Source of the DNA: Emcibacteraceae bacterium
Lineage (GTDB): Bacteria > Pseudomonadota > Alphaproteobacteria > Sphingomonadales > Emcibacteraceae
Assembly: GCA_041396985.1 (NCBI GenBank)
Contig: JAWKXO010000001.1
Span: 59,778-123,777 of the forward strand
Direction of reading: 5' to 3'
Length of the DNA stretch: 64,000 bases
Under the pieces are notes generated by a model. It was not told the DNA's origin, made no database searches, and was given only the letters and a program-made list of their open reading frames with translations. Made by a program: the position numbers and the translations under genes. The first letter of the stretch is position 1. Each line of letters opens with the position of its first letter. This document shows, one piece after another, positions 38,666 through 46,467 of this stretch.

Positions 38666-39137
38666 CGAAACATCCGGCAGCCCAACAAATGCCCCCTGCT
38701 ACAAGCGCAAGGCCCAAGGTCCAAAGTATAACATTACCGTTACCGTTACCGTTGCCAAAGATATTTTTACGCTGACTTTCATCAAGAAACTCATAATTTG
38801 CAAGGCTCAGACTTTTGACGCCGTTATTGTTAATTCCGGTACTGAATAGATTTAAATCACGGGTATAGCCATATTGAAACGGATTGGAATTTCTCATTTC
38901 CTGTCCATAAGTCATTTTAAAACCGTAAAATGCTTTTTTCTTCGTTGTATTTCTATCCCCAAAAGGTATTGTCAGCCCTACCTGACCGGTTAATCCACGG
39001 GAATTAATCTTACCCTTGAAATAACTGTCTTTCATTTGATCAAATGCACTGTAATGAAGGTTCTGCGCAAATGCGATTGATGTTTGCCCCCAGACAAATA
39101 TGGTGGACAGACTTAAAATTATCAATTTTTTTAGCAT
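38622..39137 (-). CDS. Secreted or membrane-anchored hypothetical protein
   Basis: Signal peptide MLKKLIILSLSTIFVWGQTSIAFAQ, a beta-rich middle part, a GNGNGNGN run, and a C-terminal hydrophobic segment with two Cys (VILWTLGLALVAGGICWAAGCF). Confidence 0.5.
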   Translation of the reverse strand: MLKKLIILSLSTIFVWGQTSIAFAQNLHYSAFDQMKDSYFKGKINSRGLTGQVGLTIPFGDRNTTKKKAFYGFKMTYGQEMRNSNPFQYGYTRDLNLFSTGINNNGVKSLSLANYEFLDESQRKNIFGNGNGNGNVILWTLGLALVAGGICWAAGCFDGNDSSSTSDLLSN

Positions 39138-39393
39138 AATATCCCCTTACTATATTCTGTTGATTGGTCAAGTTAATGTTGCCCAGATATAAGGCTTATT
39201 TCGCCCGATAACGCATACATAAAGAACAAAAGCGGGGGTCCTTTCCCTCAAAAGGACAACGGCTCAATATAACAAGAAATGTAATAAATTACAACTAGCC
39301 TAAAATTTGGCAGATTAATTGTGATTATTCTTTGCAACTTGGTGAGAACCAACTATACAGGCGTAAAGTTTAATTTATTAATTTGGATTTTCA

Positions 39394-40362
39394 TTGGCTT
39401 ATTTAACCGTTATCGCCGGACTGATTTTATTGGTCGTTGCTGGTGATATTATGATCCGCGGGGCCGTATCGATTGCTGAAAATCTGGGACTCAGCAAACT
39501 TGTCATCGGCCTGACCGTCATTGCCTTTGGTACATCAGCACCAGAACTGGTTGTTGGCCTCCAGGCAGCCTACGAAGGTGTGCCGACAATGGCACTCGGG
39601 AACGCGGTGGGCAGCAATATTGCCAATATTCTTCTGGTGATCGGCCTCCCTGCTGTATTTTATCCCTTTGATTGCGATAGCAGCGAAATTAGACGAAACT
39701 ATTATATTATGCTCGGCGGCACCGCTCTTTTCATCATTCTTTGCTGGATGGGGCCTATTACCTATATTGAAGGAATTTTACTGTTTATCCTGCTTGGGGC
39801 CTTTTTAATCAATTCCTATAAAGTCGGGCGGCTCGATGAAAGCCAGCATAAGGAGAGTAAGAAAGTTTCCGAAAAAGCTTATGAGGATCTGGACGAGCTT
39901 CCCGAAACACCGCTACCGACAGTCCGGTCCGGAATTTATCTGCTTGCCGGTTTGTCTGGCCTGATTTATGGTGCAAAAATGCTTGTTGATGGTGGTGTCG
40001 AAATTGCCCGAACCTACAATGTATCAGAAGCCATCATCGGTCTAACCATCATTGCCATTGGCACCAGCCTGCCGGAACTTGTCACCTCTATTATTGCTGC
40101 CAGAAAAGATCATGGTGATGTTGCCCTGGGCAATGTCATAGGCAGTAACATTTTTAATCTTTATGCCATCATGGGCGGAACTGCATTTATCAGTGATATT
40201 CCCATCCCGATAAGTTTTCTTCATCTTGATTTATGGGTTATGGCACTCTCATCCGTCATACTCATTCCATTCCTTGTTTGGAAATTACGCTTTTCCCGTG
40301 TAATAGGACTGGTATTTACAGGCGGATATATTATATATCTACAGATGCTGGGCAGTAGTTAG
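39394..40362 (+). CDS. yrbG: Ca2+/Na+ antiporter (CaCA family, YrbG-like)
   Basis: TTG start. The two alpha-repeat signatures are FGTSAPELVV and IGTSLPELVTS, in a 10-TM protein of 322 aa. Confidence 0.85.
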   Translation: MAYLTVIAGLILLVVAGDIMIRGAVSIAENLGLSKLVIGLTVIAFGTSAPELVVGLQAAYEGVPTMALGNAVGSNIANILLVIGLPAVFYPFDCDSSEIRRNYYIMLGGTALFIILCWMGPITYIEGILLFILLGAFLINSYKVGRLDESQHKESKKVSEKAYEDLDELPETPLPTVRSGIYLLAGLSGLIYGAKMLVDGGVEIARTYNVSEAIIGLTIIAIGTSLPELVTSIIAARKDHGDVALGNVIGSNIFNLYAIMGGTAFISDIPIPISFLHLDLWVMALSSVILIPFLVWKLRFSRVIGLVFTGGYIIYLQMLGSS

Positions 40363-40377
40363 ACAGGACATCCGGAC

Positions 40378-40797
40378 ATGACAAGCAAATTTTATAAAAG
40401 TAACCTTTCCCCCATCAAATATGCCGACGCTTCCCGCAGCTTACGTCATGTATTTGTTCGTGATTTAATTTTGAGCAGTTCAATCGGCATATACGACCAT
40501 GAAAAAGAAAAAGAACAAAAAATAAGAATCAATATTGATCTCAGTGTTAAAGAAGAACAAGGTCCACTCAATGATGATTATGCAAACGTGGTCTGTTATG
40601 AAAAAGTCGTCGAAGGTATTAAGAACATTGTCCATTCCGGACATGTTCATCTTGTCGAAACACTTGCCGAAAAAATTGCCGATCTTAATTTAATTGACCC
40701 CCGCATTTTATCGGTCAGGGTCCGTGTTGAGAAACTGGAAGCAATAGAAAACACCACCAGTGTCGGCGTTGAAATTGAAAGACATAAAAGCTTGTAA
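40378..40797 (+). CDS. folB: Dihydroneopterin aldolase
   Basis: VFVRDLILSSSIGIYDHEKEKEQKIRINIDLSV...DYANVVCYEKVVEGI...HLVETLAEKIADL...VRVRVEKLEA matches the FolB tunnel-fold pattern. Confidence 0.75.
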   Translation: MTSKFYKSNLSPIKYADASRSLRHVFVRDLILSSSIGIYDHEKEKEQKIRINIDLSVKEEQGPLNDDYANVVCYEKVVEGIKNIVHSGHVHLVETLAEKIADLNLIDPRILSVRVRVEKLEAIENTTSVGVEIERHKSL

Positions 40798-40864
40798 TTT
40801 TTCCGGACTTTCATATGAAATATATATTTCATTTTTGTTAAATCATTGAAAAATCAGCATATAT

Positions 40865-40884
40865 TTTTTTGTTCTTTTTTGTTC
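40865..40884. repeat. Tandem direct repeat TTTTTTGTTC x2 in an AT-rich intergenic region
   Basis: Read directly: ttttttgttc ttttttgttc, followed by tttctg. Confidence 0.9.
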
Positions 40885-41082
40885 TTTCTGAAAAGTTGTC
40901 AACAGCAATGAAAAATTCAATTTTTTAATCCTACCCGGAAAAAAATTATTTAAAATTATATTGAAAAAGTTTATTGACAATAAAAAGTGTATTTGTTTTC
41001 AAAGCCTTAGATTATTTGCCTAAAATTTGTGCAATTTGCTGAATCCTCAACAGTTCCGCCATCTTTTACTGCCAATAAAAAG

Positions 41083-41117
41083 TTATACACCAGTTTATCC
41101 ACAGCTTTCGTGGATAA
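41083..41117. promoter_or_regulatory. Cluster of three DnaA-box-like 9-mers, including a perfect inverted pair
   Basis: TTATACACC (41083-41091), TTATCCACA (41095-41103, perfect consensus) and cGTGGATAA (41109-41117, reverse TTATCCACg). The last two form TTATCCAC-N7-GTGGATAA. Confidence 0.6.
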
Positions 41118-41262
41118 GTTTTTCACGAATCCGAGCGCTTGGCGTTAGTCCTTGAATCTGTTGAATATTTATAAACTGTTAAGCATATTTATCAAAAAAG
41201 TTACATATGAAACCGAATAATGAACGTAGACATTGAGATGTGAATTGATATAAATATTTACT

Positions 41263-43101
41263 ATGAATGAAGGCATTGAAACCATAAAATCCTATTTGAA
41301 AAACCTTGGGAATAATCCCGGGGTTTACCGCATGATTGATGGCGATGAAAATGTTCTTTATGTCGGAAAAGCCAAAAATCTTTCAAACAGGGTCAAAAGC
41401 TATACGAACCTGCGCGGCCAATCATACCGGATTGCCAAAATGGTTTCCCTCACCCGGTCAATGGAGTTTGTCAGCACCCATACAGAAGTAGAGGCTTTGC
41501 TCCTTGAAGCCAATCTGATCAAACGCTATAAGCCGCGCTATAATATTCTGCTACGCGATGATAAATCCTTTCCCTATATCCTGATTGATAAAACCCACCC
41601 AAGCCCCCGTGTCCTCAAGCATCGGGGGGCCAAGAAAAAGGATGGATATTATTTTGGTCCCTTCGCTTCGGCGAGTGCCGTCAATGCCTCTTTAAATATT
41701 TTACAGAAAGCTTTTTCCCTTAGAACGTGTAGTGACAGTATCTTTAATAGCAGAAGCCGGCCCTGCCTGCTCTATCAGATCAAAAGATGTTCGGCCCCAT
41801 GCGTCGGCAAAATATCAGAAGAGGATTATGACGCGCTGGTCAATGAAGCCCATGATTTCTTAAGTGGCAGAAGCGACTCCATAAAACGGCGGTTCACTGA
41901 AAAGATGAATGAAGCCAGCTCGCACCAGCAATATGAACTTGCCGCCGTTTATCGTGACAGGCTCAAAGCTCTTGTCGCTGTACAAAGCCGCCAGGATGCG
42001 ACCAACGGCAAACTTGAAGAAGCCGATGTGATTGCCGCCTATAAGGACGGCGGTCAGACCTGTATCGAGGTTTTTTTCTATCGCGCAGGACAGAACTGGG
42101 GCAATAAGGCCTATTTTCCGCGTCATGACAAGGATCAGCAGGTTGGTGAAATCCTTCCCGCCTTTATTTCCCAGTTTTACGACAATAAAATGCCCCCTAA
42201 AAAGATACTGATCAACAGCAGTATAAAACAAAAAGCCCTGCTTGAAGAAGCGCTTTCCATGAATGCAGGACATAAAGTCAAAATCACTATGCCGCAACGG
42301 GGCGCCAATCTGCTATTGGTGGAAATGGTAGAAAAAAATGCCCGTGAAGCGCTTGAACGCAGAGTTGCCGAAACATCATCCCAGGCAAAATTGCTGGCGG
42401 GTGTGGCTGATCTTTTTGACCTTGATGCCCCGCCAAACCGGATCGAAGTCTATGATAACAGCCATATTTCAGGAACAAGCGCTCTTGGTGCAATGATTGT
42501 TGCCGGGCCGGAAGGGTTCGAAAAGAATGCCTACAGAAAATTCAATATAAAATCTGAAGATCTGGTCCCGGGAGATGATTTCGGTATGATGCGCGAAGTC
42601 ATGACCAGACGCTTTAAACGCCAGCTTCGGGAAGATCCGGACCGAAATGCGCCAACCTGGCCTGATCTTCTGCTGATTGATGGCGGCAAAGGGCAGCTTT
42701 CAGCCGTTTGCAGTGTCCTTGAGGATCTGGGACTGACCGATATTCCTGTCGTTTCCATTGCCAAGGGACCGGACCGAAACGCCGGAAGAGAGGATTTTTA
42801 TCTTCCCGGCAAGACCCCGTTTAAGTTACCGCCCAATGATCCTGTTCTTTATTATCTTCAGCGTTTGCGCGACGAATCTCACCGCTTTGTAATTGGGTCC
42901 CACCGCAGCAAAAGGGCACAGAAAATGCATAAATCATTGCTTGATGGTCTGCCCGGAGTCGGTGCCGTTCGTAAAAAAGCCCTGCTTATGCATTTCGGGT
43001 CTGCCAAAGCGGTTTCAGACGCCGCTATAAATGATCTGCAAAGGGTGGATGGTATTTCACAGGCACTGGCGACGCAGATTTATGATTATTTTCATCCATA
43101 A
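41263..43101 (+). CDS. uvrC: Excinuclease ABC subunit C
   Basis: GIY-YIG N-terminus PGVYRMIDGDENVLYVGKAKNLSNRVKSY, a UVR domain, an endonuclease V-like domain, and a C-terminal (HhH)2. 612 aa. Confidence 0.95.
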   Translation: MNEGIETIKSYLKNLGNNPGVYRMIDGDENVLYVGKAKNLSNRVKSYTNLRGQSYRIAKMVSLTRSMEFVSTHTEVEALLLEANLIKRYKPRYNILLRDDKSFPYILIDKTHPSPRVLKHRGAKKKDGYYFGPFASASAVNASLNILQKAFSLRTCSDSIFNSRSRPCLLYQIKRCSAPCVGKISEEDYDALVNEAHDFLSGRSDSIKRRFTEKMNEASSHQQYELAAVYRDRLKALVAVQSRQDATNGKLEEADVIAAYKDGGQTCIEVFFYRAGQNWGNKAYFPRHDKDQQVGEILPAFISQFYDNKMPPKKILINSSIKQKALLEEALSMNAGHKVKITMPQRGANLLLVEMVEKNAREALERRVAETSSQAKLLAGVADLFDLDAPPNRIEVYDNSHISGTSALGAMIVAGPEGFEKNAYRKFNIKSEDLVPGDDFGMMREVMTRRFKRQLREDPDRNAPTWPDLLLIDGGKGQLSAVCSVLEDLGLTDIPVVSIAKGPDRNAGREDFYLPGKTPFKLPPNDPVLYYLQRLRDESHRFVIGSHRSKRAQKMHKSLLDGLPGVGAVRKKALLMHFGSAKAVSDAAINDLQRVDGISQALATQIYDYFHP

Positions 43102-43170
43102 GATTTATTTCGTTGCCTTCCAGCACTATTTTACTACAATTGCCGATGATGAATTAAAGACAATTATATT

Positions 43171-43716
43171 ATGAATAATCTTGCCAATATACTGACATTT
43201 TCAAGGATCCTTCTTATTCCGCTGATGGTGGCGGCCTTTTATATTAAAGGCAATGTCAGTTACTGGCTTACATTTGCTATTTTTGTGACAGCCGGTATTA
43301 CCGATTTTTTTGACGGCTATATTGCCCGCCGTTTTAATCAGACATCAAAGCTTGGGGCCTTTATGGACCCGATCGCCGACAAACTCCTGATTGCAACCGC
43401 TCTGATGATGATGGTCGCTTTTGACCGGATTGAAGGATATACAGTACTTGCTGCCGTCGTTATCCTTTGCCGTGAATTTGCGGTTTCGGGTCTGCGTGAG
43501 TTTCTCGCTGACTTAAAAGTTGGCATTCCGGTGACCTATCTTGCCAAATGGAAAACAACCCTTCAGATTTTTGCCCTTGGGTTTTTGCTGGTCGGCAAGG
43601 CTGCTCCTGCGATCATTCCGGCCGTCATGATTGGTGATTTTTGCTTATGGGCTGCCGCTATTCTGACCCTTTATACCGGTTATGATTATCTGCGCGCCGG
43701 TCTAAAACATATGTGA
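43171..43716 (+). CDS. pgsA: CDP-diacylglycerol-glycerol-3-phosphate 3-phosphatidyltransferase
   Basis: CDP-alcohol phosphatidyltransferase motif DFFDGYIARRFNQTSKLGAFMDPIADK. 181 aa with 4 TM. The uvrC-pgsA synteny is conserved. Confidence 0.9.
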   Translation: MNNLANILTFSRILLIPLMVAAFYIKGNVSYWLTFAIFVTAGITDFFDGYIARRFNQTSKLGAFMDPIADKLLIATALMMMVAFDRIEGYTVLAAVVILCREFAVSGLREFLADLKVGIPVTYLAKWKTTLQIFALGFLLVGKAAPAIIPAVMIGDFCLWAAAILTLYTGYDYLRAGLKHM

Positions 43717-43723
43717 GAAAAAT

Positions 43724-43975
43724 ATGAATATTTTCTATTTTGCGCGCATTCGTGAAAATATCGGCATTAGCTCCGAAGAATTAACCCTGCCATCCGGGGT
43801 AGTGACCGTCAGTGATCTCATCCGTTTTCTTGAAGATAAAGGCGATCAGTACAAATCCGCATTTGCAGAAAGTGATCTGATACGGGTTGCTGTAAATAAC
43901 GATTATGTCGGGCTAGATTATAAAATCACTGATAAAGATGAAATTGCCCTCTTCCCGCCAATGACCGGGGGTTAA
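43724..43975 (+). CDS. moaD: Molybdopterin synthase sulfur carrier subunit
   Basis: 83 aa ubiquitin-like protein ending ...FPPMTGG. It lies immediately upstream of moaE. Confidence 0.85.
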   Translation: MNIFYFARIRENIGISSEELTLPSGVVTVSDLIRFLEDKGDQYKSAFAESDLIRVAVNNDYVGLDYKITDKDEIALFPPMTGG

Positions 43976-43976
43976 A

Positions 43977-44426
43977 ATGCGTATTTCCGTTCAGGCTGAA
44001 GATTTTAATATCGGCGAAGAAATTGAGAAAGTTCGACAGGGCCGCACCGATCTTGGCGCAATTGCCACTTTTACCGGACTGGTTCGTGATATTCATGGTG
44101 ATCAGGTTATCCGAAAAATGACCCTTGAACATTTCCCGGCCATGGCGGAAAAAGAACTAACAAAAATCGCTAAGCAGGCAAAAGCCCGCTGGCCCCTCGA
44201 AGAGCTGACCATCATTCACCGCTTTGGTCCTTTATATCCCGGTGACAATATCGTTTTGGTGATTACCGCTTCTCACCACCGAGAAGCGGCATTTGAAGCG
44301 GCACAGTTTATGATGGACTGGCTTAAAACCGACGCTCCCTTCTGGAAAAAGGAAGAAACTGATAAGGGCGAACACTGGGTAGCCGCCAAAGAAGACGATG
44401 ATATAAAAAGAGATCGCTGGACCTGA
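43977..44426 (+). CDS. moaE: Molybdopterin synthase catalytic subunit
   Basis: GAIATFTGLVRD...LEHFPAMAEKEL...IIHRFGPLYPGDNIVLVITASHHREAAFEAAQFMMDWLKTDAPFWKKE matches MoaE. Confidence 0.9.
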   Translation: MRISVQAEDFNIGEEIEKVRQGRTDLGAIATFTGLVRDIHGDQVIRKMTLEHFPAMAEKELTKIAKQAKARWPLEELTIIHRFGPLYPGDNIVLVITASHHREAAFEAAQFMMDWLKTDAPFWKKEETDKGEHWVAAKEDDDIKRDRWT

Positions 44427-44457
44427 AAATCCTATTCAAGTCCAGCTCATTGTCTTG

Positions 44458-45711
44458 TTAATGATGATCTGTTTCTTTTTTGGTTGATCCGGCAAACCAT
44501 TCACTGCCTTTCAGCATCAGGTTCCAGTAAACCCAGGGCAAAATATTTGCCTTTAGTATCCAGCCGAAGATCGTTGCCTTTAGACTGTTGTTGACCCATT
44601 TGGGGAAGGTCGGCATCAGTTTTCCGCCATAGCCGAATTCAGCCAAGATCACCCGCCCCCGCGAAACCGTCAGTGGGCATGAGCCATAGCCCATATAAAG
44701 CGAGGTAAGCTCTTTGCCATCAACCTGCGCCAACAAATTCTCTGCCACGACAACGGTCTGTTTGCGGGCAGCAGCAGCCGTTTTGGCATTTGTCGTTGCA
44801 ATCGCATCACCAACCCCGAAAACATTGGCAAATTTCGGATGCTGCAAAGTATGGTCATCCACGGCCATAAAGCCACTTTCATTTGCCAGCGGGCTTTTTG
44901 CCAGAAAATCAAGGGCGCATTGCGGCGGGCTTACATGCAGCATATCAAATTTCTCATCAACCTGACTGACTTTTCCGTCCGCGCCGGTCACATTGAATGT
45001 GGCAATTTTTTTATCGCCATCAACGGCAACAAGATTTTTGGAAAAACTTAAATTCGCGCCATATTTCTGAACCCATTCCATAAGGGGCGGAACATAGTCA
45101 GCCACCCCGAAAAGCGATGGTGCCGCCGTGCAGAATTCAACATCAATTTTATCAAGCAATCCTTTCTTCTGCCATTCATCACAGGAAAGATACATGGCTT
45201 TCTGCGGTGCACCGGCACATTTAAAGGGGGGTGGCGGCTGCGTAAAAATTGCCTTACCCGAATGAAGATGTTCAACCAGATGCCAGGTATATGGCGCAGT
45301 TTCGCGCAGGTAATTGGTGGTTACGCCATTTTTTCCCAGCGTTTCCTTTAATCCCTTAACCGCATCAAGATTAATTTTAATGCCCGGTGCCACCACAAGC
45401 GATTTATAGCTAACACTTGCGCCAGAAGCCAGTCCGACACTGTTCTTTTCAGGGTCAAATGTTGCCGCCTCTTCCTTAATCCAGGTCACGCCTTCCGGCA
45501 TTACACTCTGTTCCGGACGAATTGTTTCATCCATAACAAAAATGCCGCCGCCAACCAGTGTCCAGCCCGGCTGGTAATAATGTTCCTCTTTCGGTTCGAT
45601 AACGGCAATTTTCAGCCAGTGACGTCGTTTCAGAAGACTTGAAACTGTTGATATACCTGCTGATCCGCCCCCGACAACAACAACATCATAGGAATTATTC
45701 TGATCACTCAT
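44458..45711 (-). CDS. sqr: Sulfide:quinone oxidoreductase, type II (SQOR-like)
   Basis: FAD fold VVVVGGGSAGIS. HYYQPGWTLVGGG is typical of type II/mitochondrial-like SQR. Both redox Cys contexts are present: FKCAGAPQKAMY and YGSCPLTVSRG. Confidence 0.8.
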   Translation of the reverse strand: MSDQNNSYDVVVVGGGSAGISTVSSLLKRRHWLKIAVIEPKEEHYYQPGWTLVGGGIFVMDETIRPEQSVMPEGVTWIKEEAATFDPEKNSVGLASGASVSYKSLVVAPGIKINLDAVKGLKETLGKNGVTTNYLRETAPYTWHLVEHLHSGKAIFTQPPPPFKCAGAPQKAMYLSCDEWQKKGLLDKIDVEFCTAAPSLFGVADYVPPLMEWVQKYGANLSFSKNLVAVDGDKKIATFNVTGADGKVSQVDEKFDMLHVSPPQCALDFLAKSPLANESGFMAVDDHTLQHPKFANVFGVGDAIATTNAKTAAAARKQTVVVAENLLAQVDGKELTSLYMGYGSCPLTVSRGRVILAEFGYGGKLMPTFPKWVNNSLKATIFGWILKANILPWVYWNLMLKGSEWFAGSTKKETDHH

Positions 45712-45905
45712 AATAGGCCCCTTTAGAATTTGAATAATATAGTTTTTTAATTTGATTTATTAATAATTTTATTTGAAAAATAGATTTTATAGGAAAGATT
45801 AGAAACATAAAAGCTAAAAAATATTACGGCTATATCTATAGTTACAAATATTCAATTGTCGTAATCCGTAAATTCCATCAACCAAATTACAAAGGAAATG
45901 TAACA

Positions 45906-46361
45906 ATGTTCCGTCAGTTTATCATTTATTTTGGTATATATTTAAGCTGTCTATCAATGACCAACGGACAGCCAGTTTCATATGATAATAAAAAAGACAT
46001 TGAAACAGCTTCGCGCGCTTTTGATGATGCCCAGTTTTATAAAGACAAAGCTTTACTGGATGTGTTTCTTGCCAAGGATTTCAAATTTGTGAAAAGTACC
46101 GGTGAATTTACTGACCGAAACGGTTTTATTTCAATTTTCATTGACCCCGAGGTTACATTTGAAAAATTCATAATTACAAACCGTGAAATTTTAGAATTTG
46201 GACCTGATGTTGCAACAGTCATAGCGGATGGCATTATTCTGGGTAAAACAAATAACGATCCGTTCAAGCAACATTTTCGGTATGCTGATACCTTCGAAAA
46301 ACGAAACGGTGAATGGAAAGTTGTTTATGTGCAGGTGACACCAATTTTGGAAGACAACTGA
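45906..46361 (+). CDS. Secreted NTF2-like (SnoaL/DUF4440-type) protein
   Basis: Signal peptide, then FDDAQFYKDKALLDVFLAKDFKFVKSTGEFTDRNGF...RYADTFEKRNGEWKVVYVQVTP, typical of DUF4440-like folds. Confidence 0.6.
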   Translation: MFRQFIIYFGIYLSCLSMTNGQPVSYDNKKDIETASRAFDDAQFYKDKALLDVFLAKDFKFVKSTGEFTDRNGFISIFIDPEVTFEKFIITNREILEFGPDVATVIADGIILGKTNNDPFKQHFRYADTFEKRNGEWKVVYVQVTPILEDN

Positions 46362-46467
46362 TTTCATTGTTTGTGCATAAAAAAATGCATTATTTACTAG
46401 GCAGAGACTTCTATGCCCGCTATATTTTCACCTAATCTGGAATAAAACAAAAGGGAGCATTATTTCC

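Noticed and set aside
38735-38752. A (TACCGT)x3 hexanucleotide repeat encoding the GNGNGN run, considered as a phase-variation tract.
   Set aside because: There are only three units, and unit changes stay in frame. That is too short and too benign to be called a contingency locus.
39160-39171. TTGATTGGTCAA as a further FNR/CRP-type site.
   Set aside because: It is TTGA-N4-TCAA. The half-sites are 2 bp closer than in TTGAT-N4-ATCAA (TTGA-N6-TCAA), so the spacing is wrong for FNR/FixK.
41860-42297. A 145-aa minus-strand ORF.
   Set aside because: It is antisense to uvrC.
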